DNA of 57,794 nucleotides, counting the filler, from Sphacelaria rigidula (Eukaryota), in the NCBI GenBank assembly GCA_964200075.2. It is 6 parts of 6 records of this genome, joined end to end, with 100 filler letters (N's around TTAATTAATTAA, not from the genome) between each part and the next. Parts side by side here need not be neighbours in the genome. Positions count along the whole stretch, not along the records: positions 28,949 to 38,497 come from CAXNAA020008252.1; positions 38,598 to 48,146 come from CAXNAA020008253.1; positions 48,247 to 57,794 come from CAXNAA020008254.1; 3 more parts are not named here. One strand, given 5' to 3'. Under the pieces are notes generated by a model. The model was not told the origin of the DNA. It was given only the letters and a program-made list of their open reading frames with translations, and did not search any database. Below are positions 37,146 through 50,001 of this stretch, one piece after another; positions within the stretch are counted from its first letter, which is position 1; each line of letters begins with the position of its first letter. The translations under genes and the position numbers were made by a program.

Positions 37146-37917
37146 GGTCCTTCAAAATTGAGCGCAATGTTCGATGAGTAGTTCGGAAATCCGCGCAAAG
37201 GATGAAGATTAGACTCTATGATAGGAACCACACAAGTTCCCATACACCACAGTTATAGCCAATGAACATACATTATTGGAAATATTCAAGAAGAGCGTGC
37301 GCATACAAATACGCGCACGTCAAATTTTGAAAGTTTGAGTTCCTGCCCAAGAGGGTTTTATTTTAGGGGGGCCGATTATGTACGACGTAACGCGCTTGAA
37401 CTCACGCAGGGCGGGTGTAAGCCGTCGGAAGGAGGGCAGTATGAAGCTAGCCACTACAACCAAACGAATAGGTCATAAGCTCGTACAAGAAACGACCAAA
37501 AAGATCGTGGCGCGAGAAAAGGCGGAGGAGGCGCAGCGCAAGGCCACCGGCATACCAAAGCAGAAGGCACTCCAGGAGGGTGAGTCCTCCCTACGCGGTA
37601 AGAACGGTCACCCAACCCTAGCTTGAGTGAAAGAGCAGACTGCTCTACCGGCGTTTCGACCTCCAAAGGGGTTGTAGTCCGCGTCGTCTCCTCGAGCGTG
37701 CAACCTACCATGAAACGGGGATGTTTTACTTTGCTAGTCCTCGACCATGAGCGAGGCCTGCGTACTCCCACCAATATCCGCTGGGATCGTCGTACAAAAT
37801 GATGGACATGTCCACCTTGATGATGAACATGTTCAGTGTTTTAGGGTATCGGGGAGGACGTGTCAGAGCGCTTTTGCCATTTCCACGATGTCTCGCCACC
37901 CCCCCCCCCAGCACTTT

Positions 37918-37954
37918 TGGTCTGACGACTATGGCATGCATGATCATGAGTACA
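37918..37954 (+). mobile_element. Very short LINE 3'-end fragment between direct repeats
   Basis: TGGTCTGACGACTATGGCATGCATGATCATGAGTACA, with CCCCCCAGCACTT(T/C)TGG on both sides. Confidence 0.75.
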
Positions 37955-38997
37955 CCCCCCAGCACTTCTGGGGATATTACAATTTATTGTTTATCACCCA
38001 GAATTTATATCTGTGTTCGACCTCTGAACATAGATACGGAGCTGTTGCTCAAAACTTGATTCGAATTTTCGTATTTGATATCAGGAACACTCTCAAGCAG
38101 TCCCCCCACCCTACTCCCGTCTCCGTCTGGTCCGGCGAGAACCCGGCGTGCTCCGTCCCGGTTTTGTAGGGGCGGACCCCCGATAGGGTTGGCGTCGGAT
38201 GGCGGTGACGCTATAAAACACGCCACTCATTCCGTAAGCTAGGCAACCAGGTTACCGATTTTTTTGCGCGCTTGCGTTTTTTTGCAGTAATCATGATGGT
38301 AGTCGAGCTAGATCATGTTGTGCGGTGTCGGAGAACCTTAGCTCCGCACAAAGGGCATGATCGTACCACGTGGTATTCACATGGTGAGACACCCATGAGG
38401 TAGTGTATAAGCCATCGCTGTCTCTGGCAGTGGCGATACCAAAAAATAAAGCAACTCATTGTAGGCTGTCGTCCAAATGCAAGATAATCAGTACGCTNNN
38501 NNNNNNNNNNNNNNNNNNNNNNNNNNNNNNNNNNNNNNNNNTTAATTAATTAANNNNNNNNNNNNNNNNNNNNNNNNNNNNNNNNNNNNNNNNNNNNCAA
38601 CCCCGTCCGGGAGGGGAGGGGGGGAAATGGGACCCCCACGAAGGAAACAACCAAAATAGGACCCCCCCCCCCCCCCCCCCACTGGTCAACTCTTTTGGGA
38701 CTGGGCCTCCGGAACGACCGATGAGGCTGGTTAGGAATGATGTGTCTAGCGTATGCACGAAACAGTGGCTTCATGTTACTGAAAATCCGCGTATGTACCC
38801 ACAAGGATATTGAGAAGACCGAAAGTTTCATCCGATCTATGTTCAGGTGCAGGTACAAACTGCAATTCGGGAATTGTGCGCATCAGGTAATGCACAGATG
38901 TATCAAGCAGTATGTGTCGCGGTAGAGAGCTTTCAACAGGATGCGGCGACCGCCGCCCGCCACTTGTGGCTGTGGATGATATTATTGCCCCCATCAC

Positions 38998-41900
38998 CTT
39001 GCCACACAGCCCTTTGTGGTCAGGGTGGGCCGCGATTCCCCTCTTTGTTGCAAGCGGCAAATTCTCTTCGAAGGGCATGGGCGTTGCGCTGCACATACAG
39101 TACAGTAGGCCTCTCCGATTGCAGCAGCAGCTGCCGCTGCATACTCCCTTACAAGTTCTGGGCAATTCTCCGTCACGGAGATCAGTTACCTATACACAGC
39201 TTGTTCATTCTCGTCGATTACACACGACCTCACGGCATGCTGTGCCGCCTCAACAGAGGGATACGGAGAACTCATGCCTCTAGCCCCGTTTCTTGTTGCT
39301 ACATTCAGTCGCCTTGTGAACATACATGACCACATATATAGTAGGTTACGCTTATTCCCGAATTTCCCCCGAGCACCCTGTGTCAGTGTAATAACTACGT
39401 TTCACTATAGGATGGTGACCCCAAAAACCACCGGGAGAGCGGGGTTCGGATCTATATAAAATGCAAGTAAATGACGAAGAAGCGGGAAAGCGAGCCCCAA
39501 CTATCGCGGCTTTTTTTTGCTACGAGGACTTTTTTTGTGGGCCAGGGACGGGGTAAACACACCAACTTGGCGGTGACATCACGCCCGGCGCCAGACTACC
39601 CCACTGGTCGTTAGGATTTGGTCGATGAATTACGCCTTGCCGTGATTGGGCAGGTTGCTCCCAGACTTGTTTAATATTATTTTACTGATTCATGGAGAAC
39701 CCCTTGTTACTGAGCTTCAGTCCCAAAAGGGTTGAGCATGTGGAATTTTCTTCTCCATTGGGGCACGAGCGACGTGAAATATTGATTCCCGTGAGCACAC
39801 GTGGTAGCATGACGGCCAAGGTAGACCTCATGCCCCAGGACCTTTTGGCGTGCTTCTCTAGTAAGTATGTGGGCACGTTATTTAAGGAAGAGCCCCCCCG
39901 TCGTGGGTTGCGTTAGGACTCGTGGGCCGAGAGGATGTGGATATGTCGCAACGGTATGAAAACACACAATCGAAAATCTCGTGGTCCGATGGGATTTTTT
40001 CTACCAAAAATCCATTTGAGAAAGCAACATTCACATCCACATTCTTACAATAAGCCACCATACAAAATATATAAAACAATAATAGACATGTTCGTGGTTG
40101 GTTCAATTTGTGTTTACAAGACCGGCACTATTTCTTTAATCAAGGCTGGTGTTTCTTGTTTCCCTTTCCCCCTCTCTTGTTTTCCCCCTCAGTTTACTCT
40201 GTTTCCATGTTCGTCCTGCCCGTTCGTGCCCCTCCCAGCTTTGTAGGGGTGCGAGGTCAATGGTCATATGACTACGGCATGCAAGATCGTGAGTACACCC
40301 TCCCACCGCCCACCCCTTCCACTTTTCTCCCGTTTCCTGTACCGAGTATTTCCGCTTCATCTGCCTTGTACACGTCCGTATTGTGGCCACGACGGGCTTC
40401 GCAGCGGATCAATTCACGTGCTACAACGGACCAACGGGCCGACCAACGGACTTACCACCCGACCAACCATCGGACCGACCGACCGACCGACCGACCAACC
40501 AACCAACCGACCAACCAATCAAGCTATCGAGCTCCGTCTGTACAAACCTGGGTAGCACGCCATGGCTCGGGACGCCTTCGGCGCGATCCCGACTCCGTTT
40601 CCAGAGAAGGAGGGCTGCGAGTGCATCTCTCTCGGCTTGCCACGCTGCCCCCGCTGTCGATCGTTGGGCTTGTCCACGTCGGAGAAATCATCGGGGTCTA
40701 AATCCGACATCACATCGTCCACCTTGACGGTACGGTAGTAAGAATTGCGGTTGAGTGGGTATACGGGGGGGAGGCAGGGGGGAACGCGGGGTGCCACGCG
40801 TGTTATCCATGTTATTATCCACCTTGATCATAAGATGGTGGTGATGACGGTGGATCAGGCGGGAGGGCGGGGGGTGCGGGTGGGGGGGGCTACGCGTGCC
40901 AGCCATATTATTATCTGCCATTTTGCAGACGTTGTGAGTTATTTTCCATCATCAATAAAATAAAAAGATCGCGCTGAGATGTGTGTAGGAGGTATGGAAG
41001 GCATTGTAATTCTTGGTGACGGGCCGGGTTGCAGCTTGCTCAAACGGACGGGAGTTAATGTACGCATTGGTGTACGTGTCAATTTGTTTTTGGTGACGGT
41101 TCCAGCAAATTCTGTGACTAGTTTTGAGGTGTAGAAAATGGGCAAACGACCACAAGAACATTCGTTTCTGTTCCGGAAAAGACGTGCGGGGATTGGAGGA
41201 GGGGAGCGATGGCTCCAGGGAACAGGGCCTCCAACATATAGAGTAGCATACTTTCGACATGATCAGTAACATGGGGATGGTTTTGTAGTGAATCAAATCA
41301 TCTGCGCAAAGCGCGATTATCGGCGAGCATTCAAGATCGGCACCCGGCAAACACTGAGGATCCATTTCGAATCAGGCGAAGAGCTGAAATATGGGACATG
41401 TCCTCTTTCACTGTTCTGTGGTGTATTCAGACCTTGCGAAAACGGTTTGGTATCCGCTGAGATTGCCTGAGCTGCTCCTTTGCTGTGTTTGTCTCTCTGT
41501 AAAATACACTCTAGTATCAGCAGGGACGCAGTGCTGTCTGCACGCTGACTGTTGAATAATCATGGTGTGTTGACTGTTTTGCCTTCCGTAAAACGAACAA
41601 GGTCCCGTTCAGACCCATCACCTGCGCGATACCAAACATGGCTGCGTAAAGACCAAGGGCAGATCGAGTAGGGTATACTCAATTGCGGGGAATTTTGAAG
41701 GACGTACCAGAGGTACTCAAATTAGGGTAGAGTGTTCGGAGTCATACCCGAAAAATAGCTGGAAATGGATCCCTGAATCCCTACCCCCAGTTTCTGTATT
41801 TTAAGTACGACCTTCGAAATACCCCGCAATTGAGTATACTCTACTCGACCTGCCCTTGGTAAAGACACACAACCAGCGCCGGCATACACCGCTCGACCGC

Positions 41901-42716
41901 CTGGGCCAGACCCCTTGGTGCGATGAAAGAAACAACGCACGGCATAGTGCGGATATACTGCACCGCCAAGGTACTGGTTCACCCGTCCGCATGGCGGCTG
42001 CTGCCGCTAGCATCGGCGTCAGCGCTCGCGGCCACGGAAAGACAAAACCAGTTATACTAAGATGGGGATATACACACGAGCATCGCAATAACCCCCTGCG
42101 GCGGCTATGTACCGCTCGCTGTCTGCTTGTCTGCTTGCAGCTTCGTTTCTCTGCTGCTGCTCTATCCGACCCGGCGCGACTGATCACTCATGGACTGTGG
42201 TACGTACATTACAGGTGTGACTCGAGTGTGCGGGCCAATCACAAGTATTTTTCGCCACCTAATTCACTACGAAGGTCGCATTTCATTGGCGCAACATTCC
42301 GCCGATTCCTCACTGAAGGGCCTCTGATTGGTTGCATTTCAATTTTCACTGCAAAAGTCTACCCCCATGTATGGGCGTTGTGCCTGAGGTAGTATGGAAC
42401 ATGACTAATGCACAATGCAGAAAACTGGGGAAGGGAGGGATTGATCCCTTGAGATCATGGACAAATACGACTAGCCAAAACATGAAATTTTGAACACGTG
42501 AAGAGTATCAGTGCGGTATCTCAGGCGTTACGTGACTTGAGATATACCTGGATCATGACCACTGATAATACATATCTTTCATGACGGGGGCGGGAGGGCA
42601 GGAAGGGAGGGCATGCGTGGTGGAGTGTGAATGACGAGCGGAACACGTTCGCGCCGGAAAGTACTGTGAACAAGATATGCCTTTATAACTGCAGCAGCAG
42701 CAGCAGTCAACAGCAG

Positions 42717-42759
<43 letters not shown>

Positions 42760-45700
42760 ACAGCAAGCTCAATGAGCAAAAGACGACAGAAGACAACAAA
42801 AGAACGAAAGCAACAAAAAGGACTAACATCGTCACTGCCATCATCGTCATCGTCGTCCTCCTCGTCGTCACCGCTAGCAATATCTTCGAATGGCCCCCTG
42901 CGCGAAAACAAATTCAAAAACAGGACACAAATATACGTATGAGTACATAAAACAACACAGGCTCTTGAAAACAACAGCAGGACGAGTACAAGGATCAAAG
43001 TTAAAAAAAAAGAGGAGCAGGCTCAAGGGCCGAACGATGTGGAACGATGGTTGAATGGACAAAAGACAACGAAAACGACACCGCACATCGATGCTAATAT
43101 TACACCAAAGAGCGTACAACATCATTGCTTACTCAATATGTATCAAAGCAGACGAGCACGACAGCTTGGATGCGTATCCAGCGAGGTCCACATGATATTT
43201 GGATGCACGTCGACAAAAACAGGGGTGCATATGATATGATACCGGTAACTACCGGTGACGAGGATGGCGGGTAGGTGACACGGAGACATCAGGTTATTTT
43301 CCACTCGCTCGGAGGCCCAACGTGATGGTCTTCGTTTCTTTTTCAAATTTTACACATACAGCACCCAGAGGTAAAGCAGCAGCTGCAGCAGCACACCAAT
43401 ATACACAGAGGTCACGGAATCTGCCTCACCGTGATCCCCTGGGATCGCGCTTGCTCTCTCATTACAAACGCACAGTAGAATGACACCATTGCAGAGGACG
43501 TTGGGGCGACAAAAAAAAATACAAAAATCAACATGGGATACCCGGGAGCGAGACATGTTCTCCCCTTAGGGTTTTAGGGTGTATTGCTGATATTATCGGT
43601 AGGTTGTGGGGGAAGCTGATCTGGGGTTATTCTTCATTGTGAGGAGTAGAAGCGTCGGTGTAGGAATATTGAGCCTACGTGTATGATCCGCGCCCCGGTG
43701 GTGTAGTGGTCCGACTGTCGCCGTAAGGGTGAAGAGAACGTGGGTTCGATTCCCGATGCGTTGGGGTTTTTTTCTTGGTAATATATGATTTTCCAAAAGT
43801 AGTCGACAAGGTTTGTGTGACGTGAGTCGACGCGGTGCGGGAGTGCTGATCCAATCCGCGAGATCAAAATGAAAGACACGTACCGGACGAGACACGGGTT
43901 GATCCCTTGAGACCACGGACTCATCCCGAGTCAGGGGAGGGGTTCGAAGTGTGAGGAAAAAAAAAAACGTATGTGACCACGGGTCCGAGAAATCGGGCTA
44001 ATGTGCGAAAGTGATGAAAAATGAAAAAAAGAAGAAGAAAAATAGACAGATAATATAATCGACAAGCTACATACTCAGACCGCGGGAATGCACATCCCTG
44101 GGAAAAAATATGAAGAACGAAAAAAGAATGCAAGCGTTTGATGTCGAGCTGGATGCACGTCGAACTCGAGACATCGCAAAGTGAATCAGAAGCACAGCGA
44201 AACTCGACGCACATCAAGCAACAATTAAGGGAGATGATTTACGAGCGTAAGTTTGCCTGGTGGATGCGATGGTGACGACATTGGATCATTAAAGCTGAAA
44301 ATCCAGGCATACATTTACACGGCCGTTCTACCTCAAGAGATTTCGCAGGGGCTGGCCATCTCTCGTACCCTATCCATTGGATTCCATCTTTGTGTTTCTT
44401 GTCTTGACTGTAGCATTTTGTTTCCTTGGTTTGGTCATAACTGACATTCATTTTTATCGGGACTGCCTATCCGCGTCCACGCGTTCCTTTTCCGTTCTCC
44501 CTTCTCCCCATTTCTTCTAAAATTATTTTCTGTTCTGTTCAGTTTGCTCGCCTCTCATTTTTTCGCCAGCTACTTATTTTGAATTGAAATATCACGCGAT
44601 TCTCAAATTCTTTACCTTGGCCAGAGTGTAATTTTTTCTGGTATAGCAAAGGTTGTGAAGACACGATCAACCAGGATTTTTGCCACTGTGTTGGCTGATG
44701 TTGTTTGAAATCGGCATAAACTGTACGTATCGCGTACGATGATCCATGACAGATGAAAGACAAGACATATTTGCACGGCACACTGGTTGGCGAATTTGAA
44801 ACCGTCTTGGGTTTGACTAGATCTATCGATATCTGCTCATGTTTCTGTCCTTCTTTTCCTTTTAACGTTCCCTTCCTCCAAGTTTCCTTCAGCTACCGTT
44901 TTCGTTTTGTCGTATCCTGGATACGCCTACCTTGTCGAAAATGATCACTACTGGGTCCCTTGATATTCAGTTAACGTGCGACAAGTGATCATAAACAATT
45001 AATCAAACCCGCGATCGTAGGGTCGGTGGTACCGACCCACTCCTGACGTCAACTTGTGTACCTACGGCCCCGGCCCGTTCGGGCGGATGTCGTAGGCTCG
45101 AATCCCCACGAATATCATCATGATGTTTTTTTTTTACTGAAAAATTAGTTTCCGTCGGTGAACGTGTGAGGGTGTGAAGAGCAAATGACGATCCGACGGA
45201 AATGGACGAGCTGCAGGAGTGCCGACTTATCCAATGCTCGACAATAATCAGAAGTGAGCGGGCTACAGGAGTGCTAACCTATCCAATGTTCAACAACAAT
45301 AGTGAGTGGACGGGCTGCAGGAGTGTTGATTGACTCAATGCTCGACGATAATCGTAAATGGACGGGCTGCAGGAGTGCCGACTGATCCAAGGCTCAACGG
45401 CAATCGCCAGGCAGGGGGCACAGCATCGGGGGAGACATGGCTTGATCTCAAACCATGGACTCGTGCTATAGAGGGAATGGGCTGGACTGGTGGAATGAGG
45501 GTTAAAAGGTACGAAGAAAAATATAACAAAATTAAAAAATTGAAGTTGTCAACACAAATTATATCAAGTAATTGCAGATAGAAGACGAAACGAACAGAAA
45601 CAAAAAAACTAGGGAAAAAAAAATGTTGCTGATTTTCTTCTTGCCTGGCTTTGATCGTGATGGCATCGGACTCGGCATCCAGGGACGGGATGATGCCTCC

Positions 45701-46384
45701 ACCGTCTCCGCCATCGCCATCGACTGCCGGTCCGAACCATGGCTTAGCCTCGAGCGTCAGGCGAGTGTGGCGGGTGGTATTTCGCCGTTTGACCTGGTTG
45801 ATGCATCTGCAGAAAGCCGCAGTAATTAACAGGAACGTGCGAAATAGAACACGTCATCGATCTACTGTGGATTAGAAGCAACTGGTTCTTATCCCCATTC
45901 TGGACTATAGAAACTGTCTGTTTTCTTTGTTCATTATCGGTTTGAAAAATGGAATGCGCATCTGACCCTAAGTGGTCTTCCGTTGTTGTTGGCGGTGATG
46001 ACCTTGTTATGGAAGTTATGATACGCAAGCACAAAGAGAATCAATCATCAGCATTGACAAACAACAACAATAAAACACAGAAGGAAACACAGACACAAAA
46101 AGCAACACGGCACAAGTACGGCTTTTAGAAACAAATACTTTTTCAATAGTGTAAAAATAAATTAAAAATGAAACAATAAAATCTTGAACCAACTAAACGT
46201 TTGCGTGCCTCGCTCTCTCACCCCAGAGCCTTGCCTCCCGACTTGTTTGACTGCTGTTTTGCCACTCCGACTTCCCAATCCGGCCACCTCCGAGCGCTGA
46301 GGAAAAACGCCTGACGGTGAGCCAGGGGACGCCCCGAAGGAATCCCCTTGATAACGAAGTTCATCTTGGATGATGACGTCTGCA
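38998..46384 (-). CDS. Unknown gene D, candidate exons 46222-46379/46384, 45645-45748, 42828-42897, 40548-40722 and ~39157-39099/38998
   Basis: Consecutive exons are phase-compatible and read ...GRQGSG|AKPWFGP...ITIKA(R)|GPFEDIASGDDEEDD...GSDD|VDDVMSDLDPDDF...MACYP|ELVREYAAA. The last exon is uncertain. Confidence 0.55.
40238..40297 (+). mobile_element. Short LINE 3'-end fragment with TSD CCCTCCCA
   Basis: CCCTCCCA|GCTTTGTAGGGG...GTGAGTACA|CCCTCCCA. Confidence 0.75.
40425..40520. repeat. (GACC/AACC)n microsatellite
   Basis: Directly visible. Confidence 0.85.
41654..41858. mobile_element. hAT-type MITE (205 bp)
   Basis: ~50-bp imperfect TIRs starting CAAGGGCAG and a perfect 8-bp TSD GTAAAGAC (41646-41653 and 41859-41866). 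A related TIR end lies at 28975-29001. Confidence 0.9.
42690..42762. repeat. (CAG)n(CAA)n microsatellite, intronic
   Basis: Directly visible. Confidence 0.9.
43692..43968 (+). mobile_element. tRNA-derived SINE family B, full length
   Basis: GCCCCGGTGGTGTAGTGG (A box), GGTTCGATTCCC (B box), a conserved body and an A-rich tail. Other copies lie at 17375, 55880 and 56560. Confidence 0.8.
45010..45125 (+). repeat. tRNA-like (Pol III) SINE head, family C
   Basis: A-box-like TAGGGTCGGTGG within the hairpin GGGTCGGT/ACCGACCC, and B-box-like GGCTCGAATCCC. Confidence 0.45.
45201..45408. repeat. Tandem repeat, 4 x 52 bp
   Basis: Unit approximately AATGGACGGGCTGCAGGAGTGCCGACTTATCCAATGCTCGACAATAATCAGA. 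Confidence 0.85.
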
Positions 46385-47008
46385 CTTTTCAAGGATTTTG
46401 GGGGGTAGAGAGCAGATGTGATAGATTCAGGTTCTATGGCGAGACGTAAAAGTAGGGGGGGGGGGGGGGGGGGGGGGGAAAAAAATTTAAGGGGGGGGGT
46501 GTTTTTCTATATTAATTTTTTTTTTTTGGAGGGAAGACANNNNNNNNNNGAGTTATGGAGTTATAGTGAGTGGTTTGGGTTTTGAATATTTGAAAAATTA
46601 TCTATGAGGGGGTATTCCTTATTAACTCATCTCTATTTTCTTCGAATTTCCCGACCTTTTCGGACAGTGGATACTATACCCGAAAAATGTGAGAGCAGGT
46701 TTGTCAACCAGTTCAGGCAATAATAGATCAAGTTAAGACTGACTACAGATTGCTCTGAAAATCTAGCGTCGGAATGTTTTTCAGTATATATTTTTGCACG
46801 TAGGAGAAAAATTCCAACCGGTCGGAAAAATTAGAAACAAAGCCTGATAAATTGTCCGATTGATGAGACGTTTACTCCAGGAGAGGACAAATTAGTGAAC
46901 AAAAGTGTGTTTTTAGAGAGTGGAAACCCCGAAGCGTGAGCGAGAGGAAATGTGTGAATAGACATCTATCGACTTGTGTGGGAATTGTCTCGTTTCCCTA
47001 AAAATGGT

Positions 47009-47148
47009 GCAGCATACTCGACGTTTTCGTAGAAAAGATACAACATGCTCGACGTTTCCTGGAAGACGTACAGTATGCTCCACGTTTACCTACAGAAGGT
47101 ACAATGTGCTACATGTTGTCCTAGAAGAGGTACAACATGCTTGACATG
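47009..47148. repeat. Degenerate ~30-bp minisatellite, ~5 units
   Basis: Recurring TACAACATGCTCGACGTTT.CTAGAAGAGG-like unit. Confidence 0.7.
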
Positions 47149-48246
47149 TTTTTCTTCGCCTCGGGCTCCCAGCCAAAAATGTGCGAAACTCTACCTCTCC
47201 GGTGTATGGCAGTGCTGTGCGAAATACAAGTAGAAATGTTCGTTCTTGTTTTCAAAACCGTCAGAGCCACTGCCAATAAAAGTTATACAAGCGTATAGTT
47301 GTGCACAGAATGAAGAACAGGCGGCTTGGGAGGGGGACCTGGAAATAATGTCAGCGAAGGTATGGATTTCATCACACGTCACGACAGAACCAATCAAATG
47401 AATGTCTGTGCAGCATATATATACATATGTACATGTAACATTTTTAGCATTTTTCACCACTTTTGCCGATTTTTTTCAGGCGACAAGGCGTTTTTTCCCG
47501 CGCTTTCTTTTGCAGCGCACTAAGAAGGCTCAGCGGTACGTTACCGTTCAGGTTCGGGTGTCATCTGGTACCTGTGGCGCGTGTTCTGGCCACCGAAAGT
47601 CACTCAAACTGGCCCTTTTTCGCGGATTGTCAATCCCGCACCACAAAAGCCTTTCAAGATCATGGACAACTTGAAACAGGATCCCGAACCACAGAATCCT
47701 GTGGAAGATCATGGAAACCTTGAAAAATAATTACTTTTGGCGGAGTATTTTTTTCCCCCGTGTTTCTCTTTGTCGCGTTCTCGTTTATTTGGAAGCACGA
47801 ACACACCGGTCATGCCTCCAATGTCACGAGAACATGCGAGCAAAGCAGTTGAAAACAACTGAACATTACCTTGGCCTCAGTCAGCAGCAAACACAAGACA
47901 ATGGGTCGTTGGCGAGTCGAACAAGGCACAGCAGCACGGCAGCACAGGAATGTTTTGCCGCAAAAAACAACCACTCTGTTGAAAAAAAAAAGTCCGGTGA
48001 TGTGTAAGCCACAGTGATGTACAAAGAACACGCCAAGAATGTTCCACGCATTCCAATTTTTCGGGAACTGTCTCCCGCTGTCATGTCTTTGTGGCACGAG
48101 AGCTACTTCGCCCTCTGGCACCTCGGAAATACCACACATGTCCTACNNNNNNNNNNNNNNNNNNNNNNNNNNNNNNNNNNNNNNNNNNNNTTAATTAATT
48201 AANNNNNNNNNNNNNNNNNNNNNNNNNNNNNNNNNNNNNNNNNNNN

Positions 48247-48346
48247 CTGTGATGCACACTGTTCATGATCACTGTAGAGAAACCCTGTGGAGAGGAACCC
48301 TGTGATGCACACTACTCATGACCACTGTAGGGAAAACCCTGTGGAG
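48247..48346. repeat. ~53-bp tandem repeat at the contig edge
   Basis: CTGTGATGCACACT..TCATGA.CACTGTAG.GAAA(A)CCCTGTGGAG occurs twice. Confidence 0.75.
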
Positions 48347-49038
48347 CGTCCTGTGCTACGCTGGAAAACACTGTACAGTAAAGTTCCCGCCAGAAACACT
48401 GCGCAGTGTACGTAAACCTGTAGACCCCCTCCACAGGGTGCTATCTGTCCACGTGTGAGGGGCTGAGGTGAGACAGAAAGTATCACGTCCTCAATACTTA
48501 GATCGGATCCCCCATTTTTTCCGTGCTTGATGTGGGAGCCGCGGCCCGTATCCGCAATGTTACCCGGTATGGCATTCGTATACCATACCATGTGCCGTAG
48601 CCTGCGACCAAATAACTCTCCGAACATCATATACTCAACATTCGCCACTACGCCGTTCATCGCGAGGTATGAATTGTTCGGGCGCATACTCTATGCCCAA
48701 AAGCTCGATAGTGACAGCAAGGGCACACCCCTTCCACCGATCTTTTCGGCGCTCTACCGACTTCCCCTGATGGACTCGACGAGCGTTTGGTAGTAGTCAC
48801 CCGCGTAGCCTTAGTGGAGTGTTGTACGCTATGCGTACACTCAAGATGTCAACGCTGCGGCATTTCATGCAGAACTACGGAGATACGACCTGCTGATTCC
48901 TCGTGAGCAAGTAGGATCGCCGACCACAGCACGCCTTCTTCAGCGCAATGGCGATGACACGTTGCGGCCGTCTGGGTCAAGCAACGGTAAGAGGTGTGGG
49001 CGCTTGCCGGGTCATGAGAAAATATGCTCGAACGGGCC

Positions 49039-49249
49039 TGTAATGCGTGAGAGGACCGCGTGCTTTGAGGATCGCGCCGTGGTTCAAAACACCTCAGGAT
49101 TGATGTTTTTCAAAACCAATCGGGCCAGTCCCTGCAGGTACCACGCCCCTGACCATAACCCCAACACTAACCCTAACCCTAACTCTTACCATGGGGATGT
49201 TCAAATTTCGATGCGGTCCTCTAAGCACGCGGTCCTCTCACGCATTACA
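49039..49249 (+). mobile_element. 211-bp MITE with TGT...ACA ends, 5-bp TSD GGGCC and internal (CCCTAA)n
   Basis: TIR TGTAATGCGTGAGAGGACCGCGTGCTT, with the TSD at 49034-49038 and 49250-49254. Confidence 0.9.
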
Positions 49250-50001
49250 GGGCCTTCAAAAGGTGGCCATGAAGAAGGATGATAGACACTTACTAATATT
49301 TTTTTCAGGGCACATATTGTCTAGCCAAAAATACAGTAATCATTCGCCGTACCAGAAAGCGCGTTTGACTACCAGGTTCCGTGATAAAATTCCGCGCTAT
49401 CGGGATCTGCTTTAGACTGGTGCATTCGCGTATGCTAAATATTCTGATGGTATGCTGTAGAACTGAACGACTCCAGCAGCCGAGCGACCATCGCAGATGA
49501 TACATCTTTCGTATCCACTTCGCGTCCCGAAGCTCCAGCAGTTGGCTCTTGCACCCACTCGTGGCAGACATCGTACCCGTCAAGTCGAATTGCTCTCAGC
49601 CTCCAACGAAACAGGAAGGTAACAGGATGCCGGGGCTGGTACGAGTTCTCTGGAAGAATGTTGCACTCTTCCGACCTGATTGAGGCGCGGGAGCGCAGAG
49701 GGGATTCAACGCCAGGTCAGTTTCAAGTGGAATACGCAGCATGCCCTCGCTATAGTACACTTCAGACTTCGGAGTGGTGGTGTATGGTGAAAAACATGTC
49801 CATCGGCGCCGAGGAATGTCAGATATTGACCCCGTGGTCTATGCGAACGTTGCGTGCGACACACGCTAGATCTGCAACAAACGGGGCACGACTCGAAGCC
49901 ATCTCGCACGTTTACTCTGTGAACTTCCACTAGTTTCTTTCTTTGAAATACCGACGTGACCATTTCGATGCGAACAGTATTTCACGTCATTTAAAACAGA
50001 G

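Noticed and set aside
37410-37579. Plus-strand exon-like ORF (MKLATTTKRIGHKLVQETTKK...)
   Set aside because: Good donor, but it lies after the predicted stop of gene C and cannot be tied to any gene.
37645-39157. Attractive splice of gene D (…EAYCT) to 37704 (VARSRRRRGLQPLWRSKRR*)
   Set aside because: It crosses the 38498-38597 spacer between unrelated contigs.
43692-43765. Functional tRNA gene (also 9651, 21265-21341, 45010 and 56100)
   Set aside because: A and B boxes are present but there is no proper cloverleaf, and several heads continue into dispersed repeat bodies, so they were called SINE heads.
45201-45408. CRISPR-like array
   Set aside because: The units are contiguous diverged tandem repeats with no unique spacers, the context is eukaryotic, and there are no cas genes.
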